Made by a program: the position numbers and the translations under genes
Notes under the pieces: model-generated
The model's database searches: none
What the model was told of the DNA's origin: nothing
The model's input: only the letters and a program-made list of their open reading frames with translations
Part shown: piece by piece, positions 48,173 to 62,000 of the stretch
Numbering within the stretch: the stretch's first letter is position 1
Layout: every line of letters starts with the position of its first letter
NCBI GenBank assembly: GCA_964187785.1
Contig: OZ076409.1
Location: 2,542,001-2,604,000 of the forward strand
Length of the DNA: 62,000 bases
Source of the DNA: Amphiscolops sp. MND2022
Lineage: Eukaryota
Direction: 5' to 3'

Positions 48173-48664
48173 CACCCAGTTTTTTTTATAAGCAACAATT
48201 ATAGGGCTCTAGGCTCAGCGTTGCTTAGCGAAAGTGACCGATTTGTGCCTAAAGGTTGCTTAAAAGTTGCCTAAATGTGGCGGGAAAAGCGGGCCTATTC
48301 CCAGGTTCGATGAAGAATTCAGTCGACAATTTTCTCATCCAGACGTTGGGCGAAAAATCAAAGCTGTGTACGGGAATGGGTGGCATATTGGAGAAGTAAT
48401 GTACTACAGTATTACCCTTGGAGAGTTCAAAATAGACTATCCAGATGGATCGGTTGACTATATTTCTCCCTCTGATATTGATGATGTTGAATTTTTTTGT
48501 TGGTTGAAATTTCTTGTGTTTTTTACGCTAAATTCAAGTTAACTTCACCTAATCTGATATCATTTTTTTCTGTAGCCTCACCGAGTTGCTTAGCAATTGC
48601 TTATTTTGGAGGGATTTCTAGGCTCGGTTGCTTAAATGAAGTTGCTTATATAATAAACTGGGTG
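48173..48664. mobile_element. MITE (492 bp) with ~24-bp TIRs carrying a Tudor-like ORF fragment
   Basis: CACCCAGTTTTTTTTATAAGCAAC / GTTGCTTATATAATAAACTGGGTG; internal ORF 48267-48542. Confidence 0.8.
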
Positions 48665-48826
48665 TTATCACATTGACCGCATGCAAAGAAAGTTACAGAA
48701 TAGGTTCATCATTCAACTCTCGTGTTCAAACCAGAGATGTTACAATAGTTAAAAACTCGAAAGATGATGAAATATGGGCATAAAAGGCGATCTCTGCGAA
48801 AATAACCCGTGTTCTAGAACTCAAGT

Positions 48827-49210
48827 TTAAATCAGTTCAGTATTATAAATCAAAAAGATGAGTTTCTTCGAATGTTGGTGGTTGAGGTTAGCCCGATCCG
48901 GTGAGAGTATTTTGGTGTAATAGGTAAAACTCCGTTCAACGCAAGCTGAAGAAAGAACCAGGAATCCATACGTTTTGGCTATTTTCAACACAACCCACCC
49001 AAAGTATTCAACCTTTTCGTTTCTTTTTGAAGATCGTCCGTTGAAAAACTGTTCGCGGAAGCCGTCGTTGTTTTTTGCATCCACTTAGAAGGGCAGACAT
49101 CTTTGACGTCTCACACCTGAGTGGGAAAATAATCGGGAATTTTTTAGCCACAAGCGATGCTCTGAGTAAACTCTTGAGCGAAAGCGGGAAGGACACAAAG
49201 GATAACATAC
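48827..49210 (-). pseudogene. hAT transposase C-terminal dimerization-domain remnant
   Basis: LKIAKTY..VLSSACVERSFTYYTKILSPDRANL..KKLIFL. Confidence 0.8.
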
Positions 49211-49957
49211 AAAATGAGTTTCAGCGAGTTCCTGAATAAAGGTAGCTTTTATCCAACATTGCATTTTTCGTATTCTACTACATCACTGAGTCTCATGGAA
49301 AAAACAGACAAACACTCCGGACTGTGCTCTCCAGTAAAACTCTGACCAGGAAGTATTTTTTTTCCAACACTATTTCAGCACTATCAAAGGTCTAATGTCG
49401 GTTTCACCCGGTGACAGTGTAGCTATAGCTATGACAATCACGTTTCTCGCATCGTCTGTCATCCTCTCGTTACCAAATCTTAGAACTTTCTTTCCTTTGA
49501 GGTGAGATTTTAGATTATATCAGATATTTTTTGTATATATCGTATATTATCAGATATAAAACATTCTTTTGAGTATCGAGAAAAAATAGCATTCATCTGG
49601 ATGGTACTTGATTTCATTTTTTGCTTTTGATGAGTTTGGACATTATTGTGTGGCAATATCAAATAAATTGCGCATAAGTTTGCATCGAAAATGCACATTT
49701 TTTGAAAACCCATATCAGTTTTTCAAAATTTGCGTGAATTATCTTGTAGATTGTTATGCAAGGTTTACTGTAATGCTGCATAAGCCTTTGCAAAGCTCTT
49801 GATTTTAATTGGGAATGTTTTCATCAATTCAATCGAATATTGCAAATTCATCAATTCCTACAATAATAATATTTTTCTAAGTTTAGTGGCACTAATTTCA
49901 AATGCAATCAAAAATACCCAGCATGTCTTGTTCAGCTAATGAATGTGAGTTTTGGAA

Positions 49958-50118
49958 CACACAACGACCGAAACCATCACACAACAACCGAAACCATCAC
50001 ACAAAGACCGAAACCACACACAACGACCGAAACCACACACAACGACCGAAACCACACACAACTACCGAAACCACACACAACGACCGATACCATCACACAA
50101 CGACCGAAACCATTACAA
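49958..50118 (+). repeat. 20-21-bp minisatellite (8 copies) upstream of LINE ORF1
   Basis: (ACACAACGACCGAAACCA(T)C)n. Confidence 0.95.
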
Positions 50119-50171
50119 TACAGTTGACCTTAAAACAGATTATGCAATACTATTACCGTAGCTAAAATTTC

Positions 50172-51177
50172 ATGAGCCTCAATTTTTGTTACATTGGATT
50201 TTCGGAATATTCACTTCGACATTCACCAAGCCTTACAGACAACACTATGTTATCCTCAACAGCTTTTCAAAGCCTTTCTAAAGCAGAAGCGTACAAACTA
50301 TACTCGTCAATTTACGAAAAATATGAAGAAAAAGATCGAATAATTTCTACTTTTATTACAAACCTGGAAAGCAAGCTGGACAACTTGGGTTCTTCAACAG
50401 GGAGAAAGGACAAAAGTACAGGTAACATACCAGAACAAAAGGTTAGAGAGTTTCAACCAGTTTCCCTCAAACCTGATGTAAAAAATTTGGTAATTGGGAG
50501 CAGTTTGGTAAAACGATTTGTTGACGATAATAGCATTCCTACTGACATTGGTATCCACGCATATCCTGGATCAATTACTGAAGTAAAACATAGCGTTTTA
50601 ACGAAGCACCCTGAAAAACAACTAAAAACAGTGGCAAAACAAGATGGTACGAACAGTCTTTTGAAAAATAAAAAGGAATCAATATATGCACTCTTTGAAG
50701 GTTATCACACTCTTGTACGCGAAGTACACTCGAAATTCCGTCATGACAAAATTCTATTATGTGAGGTATTATTAAATCCAATACGAGCATCACGGGCAAA
50801 TGAAGCAGCAAATCAACGGATACAACAATACAATGAAAAAATGAAACAATTTTGCAATGAAAATGTACAAGAATTGAAAACAGTCCTAACCCCTAGCTGC
50901 AACAATCAGAACTATGGATAACTACAGTGCACTACTGTATGATGATATCCATTTCAACGACCACCTCGGCCTACCTCTCCTGAAAAACACTCTATTATCA
51001 TTCCTACTACTCACTACTGATGGGAATTTGAAAATAACTGGTCAACAAAGACACTGGAGACGAAATCAGTACTACAATGTCAGAAGATGTACAAATAAAA
51101 ACATTCAAGATTTTAACGAACAGCCATTTAGATTTACCAACAACCAACAGAGCTATAATTACATAAGAATTTTCTGA
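50172..51177 (+). pseudogene. LINE ORF1 with coiled coil and SGNH/GDSL esterase-like domain (frameshift near 50880-50915)
   Basis: NLVIGSS, IHAYPG, QDGTNS and LLYDDIHFN correspond to SGNH blocks I, II, III and V. Confidence 0.75.
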
Positions 51178-51244
51178 GGATTCAATAGAGTAACAAAATG
51201 GCTCAGATCACCTTCTCTGATATATAATTTCTTTAAAAATTGAA

Positions 51245-54219
51245 ATGCGAATTATATGGCGAAAATTTCTCATTTCAGTTTTAATACTTTTCTGTGTTTC
51301 GATTAAGTTTTTTTCTAGTGCTATTAATGTTCCAGCCAGCCAGGAAACTGATGTTTTATATACCTACTTAGATGATCCAACTTTCTACACTCTCTTACTA
51401 AATTTTACTGTGAAAAAACGTTTGTTCAAGTGGCCCGTGAAAGTGACTGGCCTTTACTCAATCATAATCAAACGCTTATTAGGTTCCGGAGATATCAAAA
51501 TGAACCCTGAACCGACCGTAAGTTTCAAAAAATTTTCGCACGAATTCCTAAAAGCACCGAAGAAAACCAAATTTTTCCATGTCAAGTATCGTACAGAAAA
51601 AAGAACAAATACAGATCATCTCGAATTGCCTAGGAGACAACACAGTATACGGATTATCCGAAACTTGGTTGAAAGCTTCTTATGATCAAAAACTTTGGGA
51701 ATTGAACAAAGACCACTTCAAAACATTTAGGTTCGATAGAAAACTCGGTAACAAAACAAAAGGAGGCGGAGTGGTGCTTATAATACCAAAAACATTGAAC
51801 CTAAAGTCACAAAATGACCTAAATTGCATGAATATAAACCAGTTTGAAAATCTTTGGGTTGAATGTAATTTCAATAACGATCCTACAAATAAAAACAGAC
51901 AGCTCATCAATATTAGCTACAATCCTTTGAAATCTTAGATAGATCCTTTTCTGGAAGAATTATCAACTAGCATCGATATAGCTATCGTTGAAAATAAACC
52001 AATCACTCTCATGGGCGACTTCAACATTAATTTTTTTAACCATAAAGAACGTCAATGCCTAGAAACAATAACAATTCCTTGCGGCTTCCATATTCCTAAC
52101 ACAACAGAACCAACGCGAATAGGACCTACTTCAAATTCACTCATAGACTACATAATTTCAGATCTGCCAATGATTGAAGGCACAGTCACATACGTATCTG
52201 ACACCCCGCTAAGAACCTTGAAAAAAAAGGAAGTGGACCATCGTGTTACATCGGCAATTACAAACATAAAAATGAAACCTCAAGCACGGGTAACAATAAA
52301 AGAAATCTTCGATAAACGGAATTACCGTCCTGAAATTTTGAGAAACCATCTCTCATATTCAGATTGGAGTAACTTCTATAATCAAAATTGCGCTGAAGGC
52401 GTTTTCAGCGTTCACTGATATTGTTGAAAATGCTTTAAGAAAATGCGTACGAAAAAAGTTTTCATTCGTAACGATAAAAATGAACTATGGCTCCACAAAA
52501 ATAGGATAACTGCTGAAACTATGAAACTCTATGGTAAAATGAGACTAAATATGGATCCCAATGACGTGAACTACCAAAAAGTACAAAATCAATTTCTAGA
52601 CAAGTTTGAAGAAAATCGATTTCAGGACCAGATCAAAGTTTTTAACAATCTTGAAAGTGATAAAGACAAATGGAATTTTATAAATGAAGCCCGTAATTGT
52701 AAGAAAACAAAGACCGAATTAAACAGTTTACGGAACTCATTCGGCGACATCGTAACTGACCAAACAAAAATAGCTATTTTATTCAGTTATAGGTTTTCAA
52801 AACTAGGCGACTATTTAGGAAAACAGAAACTCTACACTGAAAACTCACACGATTCGAAAACTAGCGCAGCTTTCACGTTTCATCCCATTAGTCTATATGA
52901 ATGCAAGAGACATTTAAAAACCTTGAATAAAAACAAACCCATAGGGCCGTCCAATATTTCCGCATGGGCGTTGAAAGACTGCTTCAACATCATTGCTGAA
53001 CCACTGTTATTTAATTAATGCATTCATTGAAGAATCAAGGTTCCCGAATCACCTAAAATCAGCATTTGTAATCCCTATTTTTGAAAAAGGTGACTGCGAA
53101 AATCCCATTAACTACAAGCCTATCTCTATCTACCCCGCATTAGCGAAATTTTTCGACATGAACAAATATCCGAATATCTTTCGCAGCATAAACTGCTGAG
53201 CAATACACAATATGGTTTCCGCAGGAAATTTTCAACTACGGACGCACTCTTATATGCCACAGAAAACATACGAAAGAAAGTTAATGACAAAGAAGTTGTT
53301 TGCGCTGCGTTCCTAGATCTTTCTAAAGCTTTTGATTTAATCTCTCACGACATCCTGCTCGAAAAATTGAAAGCACTCAATTTTGATAGCAACGCAGTAT
53401 CAATGATAAACAGTTTCCACAGATTCAGAATCCAAAAAGTAATACTTCCTGGTTGCACCTCTGATTGGATCCAATTGTATCAAGGTGTTCCACAGGGTAC
53501 AGTTTTAGGGCCTCTTCTCTTCAACATATACGTGAACAGTCTATATACTTGTATTGATCACAAATGCTCCGTTGTGCAATACGCGGATGATACCATTGTC
53601 TTTACCGCAAGTAAAAAATTGAATCAGCGGTTGAATCACTGGAACTAAACGTTAACATTATTTGTGATTTTTTTTGAAAAGCATCAATTGACATTGAACG
53701 CAGACAAAACCGAATTTATCACCTTTCGGTTATCTCCACTACCCGGTAATTTTGTTAAATGGCCTAACTGAAAATCTCAATACGACCTTAGAGAAGCAAC
53801 TGAATTGGGGAATAAAAGCGTCTTTTAATCGAACAAAGTACGATCGATCATCAGATCTTTAGATCAAACACAACATCCTACCGATCCGATATTTCCTTAA
53901 AACAAATCATTATCATACTTTTGGAAATGGAAAAACAATCTAATCCCGGCGTTCCAAGACTCTCAACTGGAGACTGGCAAAATACGAAAACAATCCAGAA
54001 CCGAGACTCTTTACTTTTGTAGATCTGATTTTCTGAGAAACAGTTTTTTCAAGAAAACTGTACCCCTGTGGAACACCCTGCCTAAAAACATACGCAAAAA
54101 AGTGCTTTTTCCCTACTGCCAAAATCAAAATTAAAAACTTCTATTTCACAAAAATGAAAACTGAAATCAACTTTCCTGAATATGGAAAAAAATGTTGGAG
54201 CAACTATCGATTTAAATAG
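51245..54219 (+). pseudogene. CR1/L2-type LINE ORF2: APE endonuclease + reverse transcriptase, many frameshifts
   Basis: GDIKMNPEP, YGLSETWL, FRFDRK..GGGV, MGDFNI, LIDYII..DH; NYKPIS, QYGFR, FLDLSKAFD, GVPQGTVLGPLLFNIYVN, QYADDT. Confidence 0.93.
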
Positions 54220-54912
54220 CGTTCATCGCCTCTATAGTTTTTCGTCTTGTCTATTACCTTTTAAACTTGCATCAATTTTAATTACACTGTTCCTTTTATA
54301 AAGTTACAATACTCCGTTGTCTTATGTGAACTTTTAGAAGGTATAATACAGTGTTTTTTACATTTTCGCTCTCTCTTGTGAGAAAGAAGAGATTTCCTGT
54401 TGGTTCTTGCAGGGCTGGCCATAACTATTTCCGAGTCAGAAATTACAGACTCGTTTTTTTTCAGATATCTTACCTATTGAGTCTCACGCGCGCGAATTTT
54501 TAGTTTTCAATTTTTACTTTTCTGAGAAATTCAGTACTGTGATCAAGAAATCGTCCCACTATGCTCTGAGCGTCGTTATGGTGGCTAATTAGCTCTCACT
54601 TTCAATTCTGATTGGCGCATCTAGCGAAGTCTCAGGCGCAGAAGGAACACTTTCTGTAATTCGCCCAGTTTTGGAGCAGGTCTTTAGAAAACTTTCTAAA
54701 AATTTTATATTCGTAGGTTTTTGCATGCTTAATCGTATGCTTGGCAATTAAATTACTTATGTGGCAAAATGTTCGCAGCAAAAATGACATCATCTTAAGC
54801 GTAAATATGCGGCATGTTGCGGCGCGTAATTGTAACATCTTTGATGTCGAATGGAGCGGAGCGACCAATTACAATTACAAATCCGATTCGGTTCTGCAGT
54901 AAATTTTGTCTG

Positions 54913-55119
54913 GGATCTTTTCTGTTAATCCCCCCCCCCACAGTAAGCGCGGAAATTTTAATTCCCCACCACTATCAGCGATGAGTTTCAGTTGCAGTTA
55001 GAGTTATAAAATACTGCAATTTGATTGGTTGTTACTATTAATTCAATGATAATTTTTCTTGGCCGCCTAACGGGGGGGAATTAAATTGGTGGGGGGGGTT
55101 GTATTAACAGAAAAGATCC
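54913..55119. mobile_element. MITE (207 bp) with GG termini and an 8-bp TSD (Merlin-like)
   Basis: GGATCTTTTCTGTTAAT / ATTAACAGAAAAGATCC; TSD TTTGTCTG at 54905-54912 and 55120-55127. Confidence 0.88.
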
Positions 55120-58100
55120 TTTGTCTGTAATATTATCGAGCGGCTATAATCTTTATCACTTTTCAGTTCATCAAATTGCGTCATTCAGTCAAAGAATTGA
55201 ACACTGTTCACCATATTGAACTAGATGAGTTTGATGAGTTTGAAGTATTCTTTTTGGCTGAGTAAAGTGTTTTCAATGTTTCATTTTGTTTGTAGATATT
55301 TTAGGATTTGAGCCTGGCTGTATTCCTAGATTGTTCTTGGATGTTTTCAAATCCGAGACTCGTTTCCTTATAAACCATGCTCTCATGGAATAAATTGAGT
55401 GTAAAAGGTAAAGAATATTCGAACAACCATTGTCTTCTTTCTGGGATTGCTTGTTTCCGCTTTTGCATTTCCATATTTCTGTGCCTGAATTAAGTAGAAA
55501 AATATAATTAAATATTTTATTGAGAGTTAAAATCGTGTTTCTTACTATTGTCAGAATTCAAAAATGTATAGAGCAGCAATTAAAAATTTGACAAAAGTTT
55601 TCAACAAGTGTGTGAACAAGTTTCGGGCGACTCATTGTCTGGAATAATTCAGGGACCGTCCTAAAAAGTTCAAAAATGTGCCAATCTTTAATTTCCTTAT
55701 CCGCGTGGAGAGATATAAGTTTTTCCGTAAAAACTTTGGTTAAAGTAAACTAATTATGGGCGAGTTTCCTAAAAAATTTTGTAACATTGATGCTTTTTTG
55801 TACCGTTTTCGGCAGGAATTTGCAAATCGTACAAGAATCGTGAGATTTTACAAAAATTCACGAATTTTGCAAAGTTTGTGTATTTTTTATTAGTGGTATA
55901 CAACAAATACAAAACAGTAATTTTTCAGTACCCCTGATAACTGGGTCAAGTGTTGCTTCACTTGGGAGTGTTTTCTCCCATTTACAACTGCTAAGATTGT
56001 TAAAATCTTCGGCTAGTAGGAAAGAAAAGGAAATTTTTTCAGTGCCGCTGCGTCGTTAGTGGTATTGAGGATGATCAGAAAAAGTTACTGCGAAAAAGGC
56101 ATTAGGTTTCTAGTGAAACTAGATGAAGATTTCAAGTTCATTGAAGTTCATTGATGCTTTAATTTTTCTAGCATTTATGTAATCTGACTTAGATATGAGA
56201 TCTCAATTTTTCAATACAACCCACAGGAAAGAAATTTTTCTGCTAAACAATGAGTTATGGAAATCTTGAATCACAGTTTTTTTGATGAATGTCATTCATA
56301 AACATCTGCAGTAAACTTGACTCTTCACTGCTTTATTTTGACTTCATTTTGTTTATAGTATGAGAAAAATATCCGCATAATTTATTCTCCACGCCAATAC
56401 CTTTCACGCCTCTTTTCCGGTTTTCCGCCCCAATGTAACTTTTAGTTCCTCCTTTTCCGTTCTTCAGTTCAGCTGCTAATAAATTATTGATTTGATTTCA
56501 TGCGAAATAACTGCCTTTTGGACGTGTGAATAAAATTCATAATGAGGAGAACAAAATTTAGAATCTTAAGAAAAGCAATGGAATCAATCCATAAGGTCAT
56601 CAGTCAAGTTAACGATTTTTGTCCTGTTTTCACAATCGAAAATTCACAGAGAAGTCATTGACTTCGTGCTTTTTTTCTGCTATCGCAAATGAACCTCGAA
56701 TGGAATCATTCGAGACAGGCCTTTTTCAAGTCGAAAAAATATTTTCAAACTGTCATTACTTCGATAGCCATTAAATTTTTAAAAGTGTATTATTTAAAGC
56801 CGCGAAAAAGTTGAGTTGTCTGCAGCCTTTTTCTGGACGAGTTTGTTTTTTATTTTTTAATTTTTACTTGAAAGAGAATGCGTTTTCCCAAAATGTAAAA
56901 TGATAAGTAGACGAATACCTTTTATATAATGAGGGGAAAACTTTTGATAATTTTTAAAAGGTTGTGTGAAAACGTTAAATATAATGTACACGTTACCATG
57001 TCCGACATTTGTTTGATTATAATTGAACTTTTAGGTTTTTATGACTTCAGGTTGTCCATACTCTGGACCATCTATGATTTCAGGCCAATCATGGCAAAAT
57101 CATAGTAAGGAAATTTGTATGATTTGTATGGTGCCATAATATGGTCAGATTATGATCGGCCTGGTCGGGAAACTCGGAGTAACATTGTAAATTTCAATGT
57201 ACGATGTCAACTGTTTCAATGTTACATTAAATGAAAATTATTCGCGAGGTTATTTACAAGTTAAGGAAGATTAAATCCAAATACAAAACCTGGACCATGA
57301 TTCTCAATCCCCCAAGTGGCTGCGGGTTATAAAAAACAGGATTCAAATTCCATTATTTCCATACCTCTTTTGTGTTGAAATTTTGGTCGAAAAGAAACAA
57401 AAATGTTGACGTAATCCCATCTTTTACATTGATCAACGGTCAAAAGTGTGCGATATCAAAAAGCTCATTCAAAATGGCCAACCTAGCAGGTACGGAAAAT
57501 CGAAAAACAGAGGAAGAACACAAAACCCCTCGGAGCCTCGCGAAATCCCAGAAGACGCTGACAGAGACCCAACAAAAAGCTGAGAACAGACAGAAAAACA
57601 CGGTTTTGTGCCGTCTAATCCAAAAAAGTCCTCAGAAGAGTCAGAAGAAAGAAGTCGCTCTTCAAAGAGTAACCCCAAGAATCCTGAAATCTGGATGAGA
57701 ACATTGAATACTGAAATTCCAGTTTGTTTCAATAATGTGTATCTTGTTTAGCAGACTTGTGACGGCAGTGGATCTAGTAGATACCTATTTTTGCACCTTT
57801 GGAGTACAATTTGCCAAAAAAATGTACTTTAGTTGAACCCCTGTTTTTGGACCTCGGAGGCATGTGGGAAGTCGCAGAAACCTTAGGATTGTTTTTAAAG
57901 GCTTGTGGGGCGTGTCCGGACTTTGAGAGTGCCGGCACGTCGCCTCGGAGCTCTAATTTGAGGAGCCTCCTTTGAGGTATGGAAAGTCCCCCTAGGAGAC
58001 CACTTTGGGACTGACGTCTTGGGTTGTAGTAAGACAACGGTCTCCTGTTTAAGCACCCTAGGCATTATCCGAGTTCTATGATGTATGCTGCTAGCTGGAC

Positions 58101-59654
58101 GTTACATGACCACGCTGCAAAATGCAACCTAAACTATAGACTAAACGTCATAATGTTTGATATGAATAAAATGCTCATGATCAACGACTGGCGTATTCAG
58201 TCGTCTTGTGCATTTCTAGCAATGTTTTTATTTGAAAGTTGTTTATGTAATTCGCCTCATCATCATCATCATCATTATTGCTATTTTCAGTATAATAGTG
58301 AAAGAAATACTTTGGAGCAAACACAGAAATAGGGACTAGCTTTGCTTGGAAATTGTAAAACAGCTGTTTTTTCGATCAAAATTTGAGAGACTTTTGCTCC
58401 TGAGAATAATTTGTGAAATTAAAAATTTGAAAGATATTGCGCTTTGAAATGTTTCGTCGGCCAAATCGAGTGTCTTCGGCTTTTTGTTACCCTAGTGTAA
58501 TTTGTGAACGAACTAGAGGAGCGAGTATGAAATCTCAACCTTGATTGGTCAAATTAGTTGTGAAGAAGGATGATGAAGCCGTGATATTCCTACCTGTTAT
58601 TCACGTTTGATTTAGAAGTTTCACTTTTACTGGTCAATAAAACAACATCGAACGAAATTAACAAAACGAAATCGATGACATTCGGTACTTTTTAGAGCCT
58701 ACCGTCAATAAATTCGAGAACCGAGCAACTTTTGGCTGAGTATAATAATAATATTGCGGTGAAACGAAGAAATTTGACCAAACAATTGAAGTCTTAAGTT
58801 CATGATCGAATTTTTGATGGATGAAGATCAGACTGATTATTTTAAAATGACACTTTTAGGTATATTAATTATGCAAATCAATTTTGATTGTAGATCATCT
58901 AAACAAAACTTCCTTTATAAAACTACCATTCCATGGTAATTTGAAACGTTTTGGAATGGGCTTTTTAAAACGTTTTCCACCAATTTTTAACTTTATTTGT
59001 TAAATAAGGTTTTTTTGATGATCATAATTTTTCAAAACTTCATTTTGTTGTTTATACTCTTAGTTTAAAATGCTAGAAATCTTTCTTCTTGTTCAAAACA
59101 CATCAAGATTTGCAGCTCTAACATTTGTGTTTTTCCATGACTTCACTTAAAGATTGTCCCTGATTCTCAGATGTTTCTTGTAAAAAAATCAATAAGATGG
59201 CTGCTGCATTAATCCCGAGCGTGAAAACTGTCACGCGGATAGTTGAGCCTGAAAACATGGAAAAATGTTGCTTTTTGTCCATTTAATGCTTTTCTAATCG
59301 CGTCTTAGAGCCAAAGCTATGCTAGCGGGCGCTTAAAGAAGACAGATTCACAACGCCATTGGAAGTGACGTGCCAAATCGTCCATGAATTTCTGCAGGTT
59401 AACCCAAAAAATTGAGGACATTGTTCTTCATATTTTGTAGCGTTATTTTTAGTCGGCGCTTTATCCTTTTAAGGAAAAATGCCCGACTATGGCAGTGACC
59501 TCTTTTTCTTCAGACTACAATCCTCACAGTGATCGGTCCACTTTTTAGAAACAATCCTGAAACCACCTAAGGCCAAGTCGCGCCAAGGCAAACTTAGTCC
59601 AAAGGTTCCCCCTTTCATTTTTTACTAACCTACAAAACCAGACGGGACTAAGAG

Positions 59655-59827
59655 TGTCCCCCTTTCGATTTTTTTTTCGGCACTGTGCGACTTTTTTCGA
59701 AAAAAATTCATGTCTCAAAAGGGTCCCCCCTTCGAGTTTTTTAATATTTTGCAACTGAATGTTTGTTAATAAATCCCAAAGGGTCCCCCCTTTTACATTT
59801 TTCGGCACTATGCGACATTTTCCGAAA
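59655..59827. repeat. Internal direct repeat in an unclassified repeat-like stretch abutting the LTR of element D
   Basis: GTCCCCC..TTTTTCGGCACT(G/A)TGCGAC..TTT..CGAAA occurs twice, ~128 bp apart. Confidence 0.6.
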
Positions 59828-59896
59828 GAAAAAAACATCAAAAATTTCAAGTTTTTCTTGCAAAAAAAATGTTTTGCGCTTTTTGAGCTTTAGATA

Positions 59897-62000
59897 TGTT
59901 GTATTTCCACTTGGTAAGTTAAAAGACGAATTGCAGTACTAAAGTATCTTTGTGCCAAACTATATTCTATATCAAAACTAAGCAACAATGGTTCCAGAAG
60001 AAGATTAATCTAACATACATATGTATATATAAATATGTATCAACAAAAATAGGAACGATTATAGTTTGTTGTTCAACAGTCTGTTTTCAGTTTGATTGGC
60101 ACTTGATGAACGGAATAAATTCGGACACGGTATCACACCGTATAACATTCCCCCCTTCTGGGCTTCTCTTCTACATTTTCGATGATCCAGGCATCGGGCT
60201 CCTCTCTCTTTCAAAGTCAGCGGGCTTTGGCAATTCTGGTATTAAACTACTTCGGTTTGGTCCTGAAACAAACATGGGTTTTTCTTTTTTTCACACCCAG
60301 AAGTTTTTGGTATATCGCACACCCCCGTATCTATTCGGTTGCATGCATTTTCGGTTAACCTTCTAACAGGTAAAATTTCGGTTTCTACGTAATTATTTTT
60401 ATTATCACCGGTAGGCATCTCACCGTCGGTATGTAGTTTCAGTTCATTATCTTTGTCTTTTGCGTAATGTGCTAATGCCGGTTCTTCGGTTAGCATTTTC
60501 TTGATTATTTCGAAGTCATTTTGCTGTTCCGTTTCCCATTTCCATTCTGTGTTTTTCTTCAGTACTTTTCGTAGTTTGTCGGTTCTTTCTGACAGTCTCG
60601 GTAAGAAGTTTGCCAAGTATTGTATTGCCCCGAGAAATGATTTCAATTGTTTCGGGTTTCCCGGGTGTTTCAAATCAAATATGGCTTTAACTTTTTTCTT
60701 TGTTCGGTTTTATTCCGTCTTCATCTATTTCGTGTCCGAGCCATTTAATTTTGTTTTGAAAGAGTTCGGATTTTTTCTCACTTGCTCTATATCCGGCGTT
60801 TTCCAGTTCTTCAATACATCGAACAATTTCTTTTCGTGGTCTTTTCGGTCTCCCCGTGTTACTATTATAATGTCGTCTAACCATGCGGGTGTACAATATT
60901 CCAATGTTCGGTCGATTTTTTCCTGGAAAATTGTGGGTATATCGGCTAATCCGTAAAACCCTTTTTTAAATCGGTAATAGCTGCTGAAATTTGCACCGGT
61001 AATTGCAAATACACATTGTCTGCTTGTTTCTTCTGATAACATCATTTGACCGTATGCATAGTCAAGGTCTATCTTTGATATCATTAGTTTTTTCGTTCGG
61101 TCTTTTGTTATCTCCACCGAAATTTGATTCAACAATTCTTCCATGTTCGACATGTGTGGTCGGACTTTAATGCAGCTGTCATTCAATTACCGTGAATCTA
61201 AGGCTATTTTTACCGATTTGTAGTTTTTTACAGTTTTTACTACCGGTGACACAAAACAATTTTCATCTACTTGTTTTACTCTTTCCAAGTGTCCGGAGTT
61301 CGTTAGTTTTTCAATTTCTTTTCCGAGTGCTTCTTGTAGATGAAGAGGAATTGGTCTTGCATTTTGTTTTACCGGATAATGTCCCGGTTTCAATTGTATA
61401 TTACTTTCGGCATCTTTCATGGTTGTGTTGTTCTTGAACAAGTCCGGAAATTTCTCTACAATCTGTCTCTTTTCTGATTGGTTGTTGTCGTCCAATCGGA
61501 TGTTACCGATTGTTAATTTGAACTTCTTTAGCCAGTCCATTCCGAGTAGTGGTGTTATGTCGTTTCGTTCGGTAATTAGTAGTTGCATCTTTTGTTTGTT
61601 GTTCCCGTATTCAATGTCTACCGGTATCTTTCCCCGGAATTCTACTTCGTTTACATCTTGGTATCGGTGTCTCACTTTTTGAATTTCGGTGTCTTTCATT
61701 ATTGTTTTGTCTACCGGCATTATTGATATAGGTGATCCGGTATCTATTATAAATTCTTTCTCCGTTCCGTTGATTTTCACTGTCGTTGTTAAGTACTTGT
61801 TTTTGTCCACAATTCTGTTTATTCTTTCATTTCTATAAATACTCGATTCTGATTCGTCGCTTTCTTCGTCAATTGTTGAGTTTTCGTTCTCGGTTACATT
61901 CCGTATTTTGCGTTTGTAGTTTTCTTTTTGTCTGCATGCCCGGGCAAAGTGGCCCTTTTTTCCACAGCTATTGCATGTCTGGTCTAGAGCTGGGCATTTG
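59897..62000 (-). mobile_element. Ty3/gypsy LTR retrotransposon D (3' part): CCHC-PR-RT, RNase H and integrase deleted, 3' LTR ~59897-60147
   Basis: CNSCGKKGHFARAC; FIIDTGSPIS; IDLDYAY..WLDDIII; LAHYAKDKDN ends abruptly at ~60441; PPT GAAGGGGGGAA next to TGTTATACGG; LTR left end inferred from TG/CA only. Confidence 0.9.

Noticed and set aside
49902..50165. Three overlapping repetitive ORFs
   Set aside because: Artefacts of the 20-21-bp minisatellite
55130..59500. Host gene exons, including ORF 57372-57698
   Set aside because: Only short low-complexity ORFs; no recognisable domain or consistent exon chain

Overview
Repeat-rich eukaryotic genomic DNA, probably from an invertebrate (inference); no host gene, rRNA, tRNA or CRISPR array could be supported. 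The window is a stack of mobile elements. There are four Ty3/gypsy LTR retrotransposons: A (8049-20027, minus, 1.66-kb LTRs, TSD AATAT), B (22205-40407, minus, 269-bp LTRs, TSD ATGT), C (44595-46670, plus) and D (59897 to the window end, minus). Also present are two decayed CRE-like non-LTR elements, a CR1/L2-type LINE with an esterase-like ORF1, a hAT transposase remnant and about eight MITE-like inverted-repeat elements. Two elements stand out. Element A carries an antisense, six-exon gene of about 1,100 aa with hAT-transposase-like zinc-finger and core motifs, together with clusters of a CGYAT-N5-CGYAT motif, a Gag-like ORF with a myristoylation signal starting 192 codons inside the LTR, and an accessory ORF running over the PPT into the 3' LTR. 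Element B is an 18.2-kb retrovirus-like gypsy element with a chuvirus/herpes-gB-like (class III) envelope gene and several extra accessory ORFs. All family assignments come from reading motifs by eye; no database search was run.
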